Shown: positions 49,126 to 58,927, counted from the stretch's first letter. The stretch: 64,000 bases of DNA from Nitrospinota bacterium (GCA_046581755.1 JAYGFR010000090.1:3067-67066); one strand, 5' to 3'. Made by a program: numbers and translations. Notes: a model not told the origin generated them from the sequence alone.

Positions 49126-50074
49126 CCGGCTCACCCAGCACGGCGTTCGGCGGAAGCGAGCGGCCCCGCAGGAAATCCACCGCCGTCATGCGCTTCTTGC
49201 CGGGGGGCTGCACCTCGAGCAGTGCCAGATCGCCCGCCCCGCACCTGACCCGCAAGCCGCTTCCCTCGGGCGTTTCGGCCTCGCCCAGCGCCTCGCCGGG
49301 CGCCGCACTGCGCCCCGGTTCTGCATCGAGCGGAATTGCGCGCCAGATTCGAACCGCCCCCTCGTTCACGCCCGGCCAAGCCGTCTCGGCGGCGGGCCAT
49401 GGGCGAAGCCCCCGCACCCGTCGGTCCAGTTCGTCGCTGTCCATCGTCCAGTCCATCCGCGCCTCTTCCTTGGTGAGTTTTTCGGCGTAGGTTATGAGTG
49501 CCGGGTTTTGTTCAGTTTCGGACACCTCCCCCCGGTCAAGAAGATCGAGGGTCTCGATGAGAAGGCTGGCCCCGGCCTCGGCGAGTTTATCGTGCAGGTC
49601 CTCGGAACTGTCGCGGGGTCCGATCAACAGGACGGCCCTTCCCAGAATCGCCCCCGCGTCCATCTCCTTGGCCACCCGCATGGTGCAAACGCCCGTCTCC
49701 TCGTCCCCGGCGAGCAGCGCCCGCTGTATAGGCGCCGCACCGCGCCAGCGCGGCAGCAGGGAGGGATGAATGTTCACCCCGCCCAGGGGAGGGACGGCCA
49801 GCAGTTTTCCGGAAAGATACTGGCCATAGGCCACCACCACGGCGACATCGGGAGAGAAGGATGCGATGTCGGCCGCACGCACGCGCTCGGGCTGGAATAC
49901 CTCGAATCCGCGTTCGAGGGCGCGCACCTTCACGGGCGAAGGGGTGAGCTTCCGGCCGCGCCCAGCGGGGCGATCCGGCTGGGTAAACACTGCCGCCACC
50001 ACGGCCCCGGAGGAGACGAGCGCCTCCAGCGGGGGCAGCGAAAACCCGGGGGTCCCGAAAAAAACCACGCGCAT
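49121..50074 (-). CDS. fmt: Methionyl-tRNA formyltransferase
   Basis: MRVVFFGTPGFSLPPLEAL...HPSLLPRWRGAAPIQRALLAGDEETGVC. Confidence 0.95.
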   Translation of the reverse strand: MRVVFFGTPGFSLPPLEALVSSGAVVAAVFTQPDRPAGRGRKLTPSPVKVRALERGFEVFQPERVRAADIASFSPDVAVVVAYGQYLSGKLLAVPPLGGVNIHPSLLPRWRGAAPIQRALLAGDEETGVCTMRVAKEMDAGAILGRAVLLIGPRDSSEDLHDKLAEAGASLLIETLDLLDRGEVSETEQNPALITYAEKLTKEEARMDWTMDSDELDRRVRGLRPWPAAETAWPGVNEGAVRIWRAIPLDAEPGRSAAPGEALGEAETPEGSGLRVRCGAGDLALLEVQPPGKKRMTAVDFLRGRSLPPNAVLGEPG

Positions 50075-50185
50075 CGATCTCTCCCCTGGCGGGCCGGGGC
50101 ATCTTCCCAGGCTCCATGGGCACTCTTCATACGGATGGAAACTCTTCGGGTCAAACGGATTCTGCCGGGAGTGCGGGTCCTGCGG

Positions 50186-50704
50186 TCAAGAAGCGGAAGC
50201 GGCCTTGGCCCGCTTCTTCAGGTGGCGCTTGATCAGCCCGCGCTTCATGCGGTTCAGGCGATCGAGCAAAAGCTTGCCGTCGAGATGTTCGATCTCGTGA
50301 TGGAGAACGCGGGCGAGCCGGCCGTCCACATCCAGGATGAATTCCCTGCCCTCGAGGTTCCACGCGCGCACGCGCACGCGGGCAGGCCGTGTCACGTTCT
50401 CGAATATCTCGGGAAGGGAAAGGCATCCCTCTTCGGCCTCGATCTCCTCATCGCCGGTGGATTCGATCTCCGGGTTCACGAGAACGTGGAGCTGATCCGG
50501 GTCCTCGCCCATCGAAAGATCGATCACCACCAGGCGGAGGGTCTCTCCCACCTGCGGGGCGGCGAGCCCCACGCCGGGGGCGGCGGCGGCGGTTTCGGCC
50601 ATGTCGGCGGCCAGCGCCCGGATGCGCTCGTCGATATTCTCGACGGGGCGGCACTTCTCGCGAAGGATCGGATCGGGGTAGGTGCGAATTTCAAGTTCTG
50701 CCAT
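50186..50704 (-). CDS. def: Peptide deformylase
   Basis: GVGLAAPQVG, EGCLSLP and HEIEHLDG motifs. Confidence 0.95.
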   Translation of the reverse strand: MAELEIRTYPDPILREKCRPVENIDERIRALAADMAETAAAAPGVGLAAPQVGETLRLVVIDLSMGEDPDQLHVLVNPEIESTGDEEIEAEEGCLSLPEIFENVTRPARVRVRAWNLEGREFILDVDGRLARVLHHEIEHLDGKLLLDRLNRMKRGLIKRHLKKRAKAASAS

Positions 50705-50712
50705 GGTGCGGG

Positions 50713-51234
50713 TCAGTTCTCATCACTGAAAAAGGGCTCATCCCCGTTTGAAGCGAAACCGGAGCCGCCGGATTCTCCTTCGCCGGAGAAGCCAGGGACG
50801 CTCGCCGCATCTTTCGCCGCCTGGATACACACCGAGGCGGGAAAGCCCCGCCCATTGAGGAAGCGGAGCAGGCGCTCCCGAAGCTTATCCTTTCCCCCGA
50901 GTGTCTTCAATCGCTTGCGGGCCGCCCGGAGGGCGCAGTCCAACTCGCCGCCCTCTCCGTAGGCATCACCGATCGCGCCCTCGATGATGGGATTCGAGGC
51001 CCCGATGCGGCGGAGCTCCCCCTCCATCGAGCGGCGGCCCATCGGACGCACCTTCAGGCGGCGGCGGACCCAGTTTCGGGCCGTGGCCTCATCGTCGAGA
51101 TAGCCGATCTTCTCGAAGCGCTCCAGCAGCGCCTCGATCCCGCCCGGCGGAAACCCACGGCCGCGAAGCTTCCGCCGAAGCTCGGCGCGGGTGTTCGAGC
51201 GGAGGGCCAGAATCCGAAGCGCGGACCTCTCCAT
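50713..51234 (-). CDS. recX: RecA regulator RecX
   Basis: RSALRILALRSNTRAELRRKLRGRGF...three-helix repeats. Start taken at Met47 of the listed ORF, which has an AGGAG RBS. The upstream ATG adjacent to the recA stop is the alternative. Confidence 0.75.
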   Translation of the reverse strand: MERSALRILALRSNTRAELRRKLRGRGFPPGGIEALLERFEKIGYLDDEATARNWVRRRLKVRPMGRRSMEGELRRIGASNPIIEGAIGDAYGEGGELDCALRAARKRLKTLGGKDKLRERLLRFLNGRGFPASVCIQAAKDAASVPGFSGEGESGGSGFASNGDEPFFSDEN

Positions 51235-51372
51235 CCGCTCCTGGACAGAGGCGTCATTTTCTTGGCCGGTATTTTTGCCATTCCCAGCGGGTTGGTTCGA
51301 AAAGCTCAAACGCGGGATTCCTCGGGCTCGGGGCTGTTCGCCATACTGCGCGGTTAACCTTACTGCCGGCAC

Positions 51373-52494
51373 CTAACGCGGCGTCGCCTTCTCCGACTTC
51401 CCCTCGGGCTGAAGCTCCGCACCCGCGTCTCCCGCGGCCTCCTTGCCTTCCTTGTCCTTGGGCTGAATCTCTTCGCGCAAGCGGGCCTCGATCTCAGCGT
51501 AGATGTCGGCATTTTCCTTGAGAAAACGCTTCACGTTCTCCCGGCCCTGGCCGATGCGCTCCTCGCCGAAGGAATACCAGGCGCCCGTCTTGGCAACGAT
51601 CTCCTTCTCGACCGCTAGGTCGAGGATATCGCCCTCGCGCGAAATGCCTTGTCCGAACATGATGTCGAACTCCGCCGTCCGGAAAGGGGGGGCCAGCTTG
51701 TTCTTGACGAGGCGCACGCGCGTGCGGTTGCCCACGTTCTGGTCGCCTTCCTTGATGGCGGCGATGCGACGGATGTCGATCCGGAGCGAGGAGTAGAATT
51801 TGAGCGCGTTGCCGCCGCTCGTGGTCTCCGGATTTCCGAACATCACGCCGATCTTTATGCGAATCTGGTTGATGAAGATGAAACAGGTGTTGCTGCGGTG
51901 GACGACGCCGGTGAGCTTGCGCAGGGCCTGGCTCATCAGGCGCGCCTGGAGCCCGACATGGTGGTCGCCCATTTCGCCCTCGAGCTCGGCCTTGGGAACG
52001 AGGGCGGCCACCGAGTCGATGACGACCACGTCGATCGATCCGCTGCTCGTCAGGATCTCGGAGATTTCGAGCGCCTGCTCGCCGGTGTCGGGCTGGGAGA
52101 CGACGAGGTTGTCGATGTCCACCCCCAGCGCCTTGGCGTAGATCGGATCCAGGGCGTGTTCGGCGTCGATGAACGCGGCCATGCCGCCCAATCGCTGTGC
52201 CTCTGCGATAATGTGGAGGGCGACGGTGGTCTTGCCCGAGGACTCGGGCCCGAAAATTTCGATGATCCGCCCGCGCGGAACCCCGCCGATGCCCGTCGCG
52301 GCATCGAGCGAAATCGATCCGGTCGGTATCGTCTTAATGGAGTCGATGGCCGGCCCCTCGCCTAGGCGCATGATCGACCCCTTGCCGAACTGGCGATTGA
52401 TCTGCGTGAAGGCCATGTCCAGCGCCTTCCCTCGGCGCTCTTTCTCTTTGGGGCCCGGCGATGACGGCACGTGGGACCCGTTCTTCTGGCTCAT
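51373..52494 (-). CDS. recA: Recombinase RecA
   Basis: [22 protein letters not shown]...GPESSGKTT...[10 protein letters not shown]. Start taken at Met77 of the listed ORF (MSQKNGS), which has a GAGGAG RBS. Confidence 0.95.
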   Translation of the reverse strand: MSQKNGSHVPSSPGPKEKERRGKALDMAFTQINRQFGKGSIMRLGEGPAIDSIKTIPTGSISLDAATGIGGVPRGRIIEIFGPESSGKTTVALHIIAEAQRLGGMAAFIDAEHALDPIYAKALGVDIDNLVVSQPDTGEQALEISEILTSSGSIDVVVIDSVAALVPKAELEGEMGDHHVGLQARLMSQALRKLTGVVHRSNTCFIFINQIRIKIGVMFGNPETTSGGNALKFYSSLRIDIRRIAAIKEGDQNVGNRTRVRLVKNKLAPPFRTAEFDIMFGQGISREGDILDLAVEKEIVAKTGAWYSFGEERIGQGRENVKRFLKENADIYAEIEARLREEIQPKDKEGKEAAGDAGAELQPEGKSEKATPR

Positions 52495-52840
52495 CGGAAT
52501 GACTCCTCGATGGAGGGGGATCGCTGATACCCGGGCGGGCTTGCGATCAAATCTAGGCGATCCGGGCGTATGCCCGCAACACCCGAAAGACCCGCGGCGC
52601 CCGAATGCCTTGCGGGGGGTTTTTTTCGTTCCATTCCAGGCCCAAAACAACGCGGCGCGGTTTGAGCGATCCTCCCTATCCGCCCCAAAGCCCGGCGGAG
52701 AAAAACCCAGCTTTTTCCCCATTTCTTTCGCCTGACGCCTGATTGGGCCGCCGCACCCGATAATTTATATAAATATATGAATATAAATGAATTATAAAAA
52801 TTGCATAAAGCTAAATAAAATTTCCAATACATATTTTCGT

Positions 52841-52872
52841 TATATATACGCCATCCAAGAGGCGAAAGTCAA
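52841..52872 (-). promoter_or_regulatory. Candidate recA promoter (TTGACT-N18-TATATA, minus strand) with the near-palindrome CGTATATATAACG overlapping the -10
   Basis: Reverse complement reads cccTTGACTttcgcctcttggatggcgTATATATaacg. It lies inside a ~130-bp AT-rich island, ~340 nt upstream of the recA ATG. Confidence 0.4.
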
Positions 52873-53215
52873 GGGTAAAATATCGAAATCCGCTTTCCTC
52901 TCATGAACCGGTGGCGGGGCCTACCCTTCAGGAACGGTGGGGCTGAATCAATATCCGCGGTCCCGATTATTCGCAGTTCCATCTTTTTCATGATTTAGAC
53001 CTCCGGAAAATCAGGCGATGGGGGGCGGACCGAAACCCTCCCGGGCGGGGAACCCGGGTGGATCAAGCGGATGGGACCCACCTTTGGTCAAAATATTTTT
53101 ACGCGGGCCGCTTTTGGCGGATTATCCGGCCGGGGCCAGTGTTAGAATAAATGGGAGGATAAGTTATGGAAGGCCGGGGGCGATCCGGGTCATTCCGCCC
53201 GGATAGCTGTCCGCG

Positions 53216-53346
53216 TCTTTCGTCCCTAGGGCACCTCTATTAACCTCTGATTTTGCAGATTTTCAATTCGTAAACCATTAAAATCATTGGCACCAGACTT
53301 CAAATATTGGGGTTAATAGAGGTCTCCCCTAGTCTTTCGTCCCTAG
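53216..53346. repeat. Composite repeat: 12-bp perfect inverted repeats CCTCTATTAACC/GGTTAATAGAGG flanking 65 bp of AT-rich DNA, bracketed by 14-bp direct repeats TCTTTCGTCCCTAG
   Basis: DR-L is at 53216-53229, IR-L at 53234-53245, IR-R at 53311-53322 and DR-R at 53333-53346. DR-R abuts the RBS of the membrane protein gene. Confidence 0.7.
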
Positions 53347-53360
53347 AGGAGAGACGAGCC

Positions 53361-53876
53361 ATGGCGGCCCAGTCCACTGTAAAAGCGGCGGAGATTCCGA
53401 AAAATGACGCGCACATCTATCATGAGGGATTTTTGGGCGGGCTCATCGGCGCCCTGACAGTCGCGGCCTGGTTTCTGATCGTAGATTCATTTCAGGGGCG
53501 CCCCCTGCTGACGCCGAGCATCCTGGGAAGCGCCCTCTTCAAGGGCGGGGCGGGGCTAATCTCGCTCCAGACGTATCCCATTTCGTTCGAGATGGTCCTG
53601 ATGTTCACCTGGGTTCACGGGATGGTGTTCGTGGCCATCGGCGTGGCTTGCGCGTGGTTGCTGGATCTAGCGGAGCGCGATCCCAACTACGGAATTGGCA
53701 TATTGATCTTGTTCGTCATCCTCGAGTTCGGGTTCATCGGCGTCGGCCTGATCTTCGCCGATAAAGTGCTCCAGGCATTGGCGATTCCGGATATTCTGAT
53801 TGGCAACCTGTTGGCCGCGGGGACAATGGGCGCTTTTTTCTGGAAACGACACCCCCATCTGAAAATCCATCCCTAG
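53361..53876 (+). CDS. Hypothetical integral membrane protein (4-5 TM)
   Basis: GGAGAG RBS 6 nt upstream of the first ATG. The listed ORF begins at a TTG at 53307. Hydrophobic segments run the whole length, with no recognised domain. Confidence 0.5.
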   Translation: MAAQSTVKAAEIPKNDAHIYHEGFLGGLIGALTVAAWFLIVDSFQGRPLLTPSILGSALFKGGAGLISLQTYPISFEMVLMFTWVHGMVFVAIGVACAWLLDLAERDPNYGIGILILFVILEFGFIGVGLIFADKVLQALAIPDILIGNLLAAGTMGAFFWKRHPHLKIHP

Positions 53877-53931
53877 CGGTATTCGCGGCGCAGAGGTGGT
53901 CCCATCTCAGGGCCAGGCGCCCTGTATATCT

Positions 53932-54624
53932 TCATTCGTCAATGAGGATGGCCGTGTGAAGCGGCGTGTAGACGACGCCGCCCGGGCGGAGGTCGCTTTG
54001 GATGAGAGCGGCCTCGCTCATCCGGAGGACGGGGCACGGGCCGGGGCGGGCCTCATCGGCCTCGCGGAGGGCGGCGGCAAGGCCCCGGGGCGGGTGCTTC
54101 TTCCTCCGGCGGCGGGCCAGGGTGAGATGGGGACGAAAGGGCCGCTCTTCGGCAGGGAAGCCGGCGCGCACGAGGGCGCTCTGAAGATTCTCCGCCAGGG
54201 AAACGAGCGCGGGCGGAGGCTCCATCGGCCCCGCCCAGAGAACGCTGGGGTTCTCCGCGCGGGGAAAGGCGCCCAGCCGATCGAGGGGAAAAGAAAAGGC
54301 GCGCCCACCGGCGCTGCCCGATGCAAGGGCCGTGGATGCGGCGGCGGCTTCGTCACCTGAAATGTCGCCGAGAAAACGCAGCGTGATGTGGACATTGCCG
54401 GGGGGAACCCACCGGAACTCCGAGAACGGGGGGAGCGCCCTCAGATAATCCTGGAGGCCGGCCACCGCCTCCTGCCCCTCCGCCGGGAGGGGGATTCCGA
54501 TAAAGGCCCTCACCGGCCACGCGTCCCGCCGGGGGGAGACCGGCGCGGCTTTCCGGGCAGAGGCGGGAATCATCGCAGGTGCGTCAGGCGGAAGAATTTT
54601 CTTCGCCGGCCAGCAGCGCATCAC
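53932..54624 (-). CDS. thpR: RNA 2',3'-cyclic phosphodiesterase (2H phosphoesterase, LigT/ThpR)
   Basis: Two H-x-T-x motifs (HITLRFLG and HLTLARR). The start is uncertain: Met18 at 54573 would avoid the overlap with cinA. Confidence 0.8.
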   Translation of the reverse strand: MMRCWPAKKILPPDAPAMIPASARKAAPVSPRRDAWPVRAFIGIPLPAEGQEAVAGLQDYLRALPPFSEFRWVPPGNVHITLRFLGDISGDEAAAASTALASGSAGGRAFSFPLDRLGAFPRAENPSVLWAGPMEPPPALVSLAENLQSALVRAGFPAEERPFRPHLTLARRRRKKHPPRGLAAALREADEARPGPCPVLRMSEAALIQSDLRPGGVVYTPLHTAILIDE

Positions 54625-55099
54625 GGAGCATCTCGAGGGCCGATTCGGCGGTCTGCTCCTTGACCTCGATCCGGCTCCCCTCGAACTGGCAGCGCCCGCT
54701 CAGGGTGCCGGAGGGGAGCGAAACCGCCATGAATACTGTCCCGACGGGTTTTTCGGGGGTGCCGCCGCCCGGGCCCGCGATGCCCGTCTCGGCGAGACCC
54801 ACCTCGCACCCGGCGGCCCGCCTGACGCCATCGGCCATGGCGCGCACACAGGGGTCGCTCACCGCTCCATGCGCTTTGAGCAATTCCTCGGGCACGCCCA
54901 GAATCTCCATTTTCGCTTCGTTGCTGTAGGTGATGAATCCGCGCTCGAAATAATCCGAGCTTCCCGGCACGTTGGTCACCCGGTGCCCGATCAGTCCTCC
55001 CGTGCAGCTTTCCGCCGTGGACAGATGCCACCCCTTGCCCGAAAGATAGGGACCCAGCCAAGATTCCAGCGATTCATCCACGATACCGTCTCCACACAC
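54584..55099 (-). CDS. CinA C-terminal domain protein (nicotinamide-nucleotide amidohydrolase PncC-like)
   Basis: LSTAESCTGGLIGHRVTNVPGSSDYFERGFITYSNEAK. Confidence 0.85.
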   Translation of the reverse strand: MCGDGIVDESLESWLGPYLSGKGWHLSTAESCTGGLIGHRVTNVPGSSDYFERGFITYSNEAKMEILGVPEELLKAHGAVSDPCVRAMADGVRRAAGCEVGLAETGIAGPGGGTPEKPVGTVFMAVSLPSGTLSGRCQFEGSRIEVKEQTAESALEMLRDALLAGEENSSA

Positions 55100-55102
55100 C
55101 GG

Positions 55103-55582
55103 TTAAATGAGCCCGGAAAATTTTCCCGCGGCGAGGATAAGCCACCCGGCCATCCCGGCGGCCAGATCGTCCGCCACAACGCCCCACCCCCCCGGCCATT
55201 TTTCGATGCGCCCGAAGGGCTTCCAGATGTCGAGAATCCGGAAAACGGTAAAGCCCGCGATAAGATTCACGGGATTCGGGGCCGAGCCCAACAGGCAAAG
55301 CAACTGGCCCGCCACCTCGTCGGCGACGATTTCGGGCGGGTCCTTTTGTCCGGATTCCCGTTCGACCACCCCCGCCGCCCAAACCGCGGCGATCCCGGTG
55401 AGCAAAAAAACCGCGGCCGGAAAGTAAGCGCCGCCCCTGTAAGAGAGCCAGTAAATAGCGACGCCAAGGGCCGAACCCGCCGTGCCGGGCGCAAGCGAAA
55501 AATACCCGACGCCTCCCATGGTGGCGACGATCCGGGCAAGGGATGCGGCCTTTCCCCCTTCATCCGAAGGCGAAAAGCTCAT
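55103..55582 (-). CDS. pgpA: Phosphatidylglycerophosphatase A
   Basis: GGVGYFSLAPGTAGSALGV...DIWKPFGRIEKWPGGWGVVADDLAAG. Confidence 0.85.
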   Translation of the reverse strand: MSFSPSDEGGKAASLARIVATMGGVGYFSLAPGTAGSALGVAIYWLSYRGGAYFPAAVFLLTGIAAVWAAGVVERESGQKDPPEIVADEVAGQLLCLLGSAPNPVNLIAGFTVFRILDIWKPFGRIEKWPGGWGVVADDLAAGMAGWLILAAGKFSGLI

Positions 55583-56754
55583 GAGCGGACAGGAGTTCTC
55601 ATGCCGTTGAGACGCGAGGCGGTGAATTCCCGGGCCCAGCGGTCGGCCTCCATGACGGCCTCGAGGCTCTCGGCCTTTCCGTTTTGATGATCGTCCAAGG
55701 CGGTTCCGACCAGGGCCGGAATATCCATGAAGCCGATTCGCGCATCCAAAAAGGCCGCGACGGCCACCTCGTTGGCCGCGTTGAGAACGGCGGGGGAGGT
55801 CCCACCCTCGGCCAGCGCCGCCTTGGCATGAGAGAGGCAGGGGAAGCGGGTCAGGTCCGGCTCCCCGAAGGTGAGCGAGCCCCTCTGGGCCAGGTCCAAG
55901 CGGGGCGCCTGGCAGGGAACGCGGTCCGGATAGCAGAGGGCCTGGGAGATCGAGATGCGCATGTCGGGCACGCTCATCTGGGCCAGGACGCTGCCATCGA
56001 CAAATTCCACCAGGGCATGCACCACACTTTCAGGATGGATGAGTACATCCACCCGCTCGGGCGCCAGGCCGAAAAGCCAGCGCGCCTCGATCAGCTCCAG
56101 CCCCTTGTTCATCAGGCTGGCCGAATCGATGGTGATCTTGGGGCCCATCTTCCAGGTGGGATGCCGGAGCGCCGCCTCGCATGTGACATCGCGCAACGCG
56201 CAGATGGAAAGGTCCCGGAAGGGCCCCCCCGATGCGGTCAGGATAATCCGGTCCACCTCGGCGCCGGGGGCCCGGCCATTAAGAATCTGGAATACACCCG
56301 CGTGTTCGCTGTCGATGGGGAGGAGGGGCAGGCTCCGCTCCCTGGCCCACCCGGTGACGAGTTCTCCCGCCATGACGAGCACTTCCTTGTTGGCCAGCGC
56401 GATCGATGCGCCCGACTCGATGGCGGCAAGCGTGGGCGCAAGACCGGCGGCGCCGACCAGCGCCGAGACCACGATCCCGGCCCCTGCGCCAGCCGCCACC
56501 TCGCGCAGGCCTTCTTCTCCGCTGAGAACCCGTATTCCGGCGGGCAAGGCCTCCCGGAGACGCTCCCCGTCGGTTGGATCCGCGACGGATACGAGCCGGG
56601 GGGAAAACGCGCGCGCCTGATCACTCAGTTTTTCCCAGTTCGAGCCTGCCGCCAGGGCGGCCACATCGAACCGATCGGGATTGTCGGCGATCACCCGAAG
56701 GGTGTTCTCGCCGATGCTTCCCGTGGAACCCAATATGGCGACTGATTGGGGCAT
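55579..56754 (-). CDS. dxr: 1-deoxy-D-xylulose 5-phosphate reductoisomerase
   Basis: ILGSTGSIGENTL...LANKE...IDSEHAGVFQ...NKGLELIEA. Confidence 0.95.
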   Translation of the reverse strand: MPQSVAILGSTGSIGENTLRVIADNPDRFDVAALAAGSNWEKLSDQARAFSPRLVSVADPTDGERLREALPAGIRVLSGEEGLREVAAGAGAGIVVSALVGAAGLAPTLAAIESGASIALANKEVLVMAGELVTGWARERSLPLLPIDSEHAGVFQILNGRAPGAEVDRIILTASGGPFRDLSICALRDVTCEAALRHPTWKMGPKITIDSASLMNKGLELIEARWLFGLAPERVDVLIHPESVVHALVEFVDGSVLAQMSVPDMRISISQALCYPDRVPCQAPRLDLAQRGSLTFGEPDLTRFPCLSHAKAALAEGGTSPAVLNAANEVAVAAFLDARIGFMDIPALVGTALDDHQNGKAESLEAVMEADRWAREFTASRLNGMRTPVRS

Positions 56755-56779
56755 GAGCGCCTCTTCTTTCAGGCCGGCT

Positions 56780-57583
56780 TCAAGCCGGACCGGCCGTGAT
56801 CCATCTCAAAAAATAATAAAAGGGCGGGGCCGCCAAAAGCAATCCGTCAATCCGGTCGAGGAACCCGCCGTGCCCGGGGATTGCCGTGCCCGAATCCTTC
56901 TGGACCGCCGCCCGCTTGAAGAATGACTCGAACAGGTCGCCCACCTGGGCCAACACCCCCAGAACCAGGGAGGCCGCGAACGCCAAGCCCAGGCTCATGC
57001 CACCGGGTTTTAACCAGACCGCCAGGACCAGGCCCGCCACACATCCCGCGGCGAGGCCGCCGAAGGCGCCCGCGATCGTCTTGCCCGGACTGATCGAAGG
57101 CGCGAGCTTTCGGAATCCCACCGCCCGGCCTACATAGTAAGCAGCGATGTCGTTCGCCCAAACGATGGCGAACAGGAACAGGAGAGCTTCCTTCCCTCCC
57201 CCCGGCAGTATTCGTATCTTCACCACAAGGGCGCAGGCGCCGCCGATCCAGAGCAGCCCCAGGACCGATACCCCTGCCCCGGCAAGGCCCGCCTTATGGT
57301 CCGTCGAGTTCATGGCGCGCACCAAAAGGCGCAAAAAGATAAACGTCAGGGCCAGGCCCGGCGCCACTCCGCCCGCCCAAATGGCCAGGACCAAAAGCAC
57401 CACGTCGACCGCGCCTTCCCACCGGACCCCCACCCAGCCGCATTCTTTGATGAGGCCCTGAAACTCCCAGGCCGCCAAAACGGAGATGAGCACAACCAGC
57501 CAGAGGAAAATAAAAGGGGGAGCCAACCAGAGAACCAGAAGAACGGGAATGGCCAGCGCAAAGGCGCTCAGGACACGAACCAC
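56780..57583 (-). CDS. cdsA: Phosphatidate cytidylyltransferase
   Basis: Multi-pass transmembrane protein with the C-terminal SFFKRAAVQKDSGTAIPGHGGFLDRIDG signature. Confidence 0.9.
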   Translation of the reverse strand: MVRVLSAFALAIPVLLVLWLAPPFIFLWLVVLISVLAAWEFQGLIKECGWVGVRWEGAVDVVLLVLAIWAGGVAPGLALTFIFLRLLVRAMNSTDHKAGLAGAGVSVLGLLWIGGACALVVKIRILPGGGKEALLFLFAIVWANDIAAYYVGRAVGFRKLAPSISPGKTIAGAFGGLAAGCVAGLVLAVWLKPGGMSLGLAFAASLVLGVLAQVGDLFESFFKRAAVQKDSGTAIPGHGGFLDRIDGLLLAAPPFYYFLRWITAGPA

Positions 57584-57590
57584 ATTCCGC

Positions 57591-58349
57591 TCATACTTGG
57601 CGGGAGGAAATCTGGTCCTCGGTCAGACCGAATTTCCGTACCCGGGTTTGATAGGCGAGTATCGCGCGATCGAGTTCCTGTTCGCTGAAATCGGGCCAAT
57701 ACAGATCGGTGAAGTACAGTTCGGCGTAGGCGGCCTGCCAGAGGAGATAATTGGAAAGCCGGAGTTCGCCGCTGGTCCGGATCATCAGATCGAGGGCGGG
57801 CAGGTTCGATGTATAGAGGTTCCGGGAAATGTCGTCTTCGTCGATGTCGTCGGGCGAAATTTTGCCCGCCAAAACTTCGCGCGCCAGGGCTTGGGCGGCA
57901 TCGGCGATCTCGCGCTGGGAGCTGTAGCTCAACGCCAGGGTGAGCACCATCCCGTCCCTGGTGACGGTCTCCTCCATTGCCCGGTGAACCCATTCTTGAG
58001 CGAACTTGGGCAGATCCTCGATATGTCCGATGGCGTTGAATCGAATCCCCTCGGCGAGTATCCGTGTGAGTTCGCGCTCGAGAAACTCCGCCAGGATTTC
58101 CATCAGGGCGGCCACTTCATCCTGGGGGCGGCTCCAGTTTTCGAGGGAGAAGCTGTAGAGGGTAAGCGCTTTGACGCCCAGGCGGCGGGCGTGGGAGACG
58201 ATTCGATCGACGGCCTTGACGCCTTCCCGGTGGCCGGCGATTCGAGGAAGAAAACGCTTTTTCGCCCAGCGTCCGTTGCCATCCATGATGATAGCGATGT
58301 GAGCCGGCACCCGGTCAGGATCGATGCTCGGATTGTGGTGAAAGTCCAT
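57591..58349 (-). CDS. uppS: Isoprenyl transferase (undecaprenyl-diphosphate synthase)
   Basis: HIAIIMDGNGRWA...SFSLENW.RP..EV..LM...IRTSGE.RLSN.LLWQ.AY.E. Confidence 0.95.
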   Translation of the reverse strand: MDFHHNPSIDPDRVPAHIAIIMDGNGRWAKKRFLPRIAGHREGVKAVDRIVSHARRLGVKALTLYSFSLENWSRPQDEVAALMEILAEFLERELTRILAEGIRFNAIGHIEDLPKFAQEWVHRAMEETVTRDGMVLTLALSYSSQREIADAAQALAREVLAGKISPDDIDEDDISRNLYTSNLPALDLMIRTSGELRLSNYLLWQAAYAELYFTDLYWPDFSEQELDRAILAYQTRVRKFGLTEDQISSRQV

Positions 58350-58366
58350 GGGCGCTCTCTAGGCGG

Positions 58367-58927
58367 TCACACCTTAAGTATTTCTACTTCTTTGGCGGAA
58401 AGCAACTGGTCAATTTGGGAGACGAAATCATCCGTAATCTTCTGGACCTCCGCCTGGCCTTTTCTTAGGTCGTCCTCGGCGATTTCCTTTTTCTTTTCCT
58501 CGGCTTTGAGGCCATCGTTGATGTCCCGCCGGATGTTGCGAATCGACACTTTGTGGTCTTCCCCCATCTTCTTGACCATCTTCACCATTTCCTTGCGCCG
58601 CTCCTCGGTCAGGGGAGGAACCGGAACGCGGATCACCTTACCGTCGTTGGATGGGTTCAGGCCGAGTTCGGCCGCCTGGATCGCCTTCTCGATATTGGCC
58701 AGCGCCCCTCCGTCGTAAGGCTGGACCACGATGAGCTGGGGTTCGGGGACGTTGATGGTGGCCAGCTGGTTCATGGGGGTCATCGTGCCGTAGTAGTCCA
58801 CCTTGACGCTGTTGATCAGCGAGGCGGAAGCCCGCCCCGTGCGCACCCGTCCGCTTTCGGCCTTAAAAGCTTCCACCGTCGAGGCCATTCTCTTTTTCGC
58901 CTCAGAGAGATGCTCTTCGATAGCCAC
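58367..58927 (-). CDS. frr: Ribosome recycling factor
   Basis: Full-length 186 aa RRF ending KEVEILKV. Confidence 0.95.
   Translation of the reverse strand: MAIEEHLSEAKKRMASTVEAFKAESGRVRTGRASASLINSVKVDYYGTMTPMNQLATINVPEPQLIVVQPYDGGALANIEKAIQAAELGLNPSNDGKVIRVPVPPLTEERRKEMVKMVKKMGEDHKVSIRNIRRDINDGLKAEEKKKEIAEDDLRKGQAEVQKITDDFVSQIDQLLSAKEVEILKV

Noticed and set aside
53018-53206. 62-aa ORF in the recA upstream region
   Set aside because: Gly/Pro-rich, with no RBS, embedded in GC-rich hairpin-forming DNA. More likely non-coding leader or structural sequence.
52495-53360. tmRNA, RNase P RNA, SRP RNA or a tRNA hidden in the 860-bp non-coding region between recA and the membrane protein gene
   Set aside because: I see no hallmark motif: no GGAAAGUCCGGGC (RNase P), no GGUUCGAUUCC T-loop or resume-codon context (tmRNA), no AGGAAGCAGCC (SRP), and no cloverleaf. 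I cannot run covariance models, so a novel structured RNA is not excluded.
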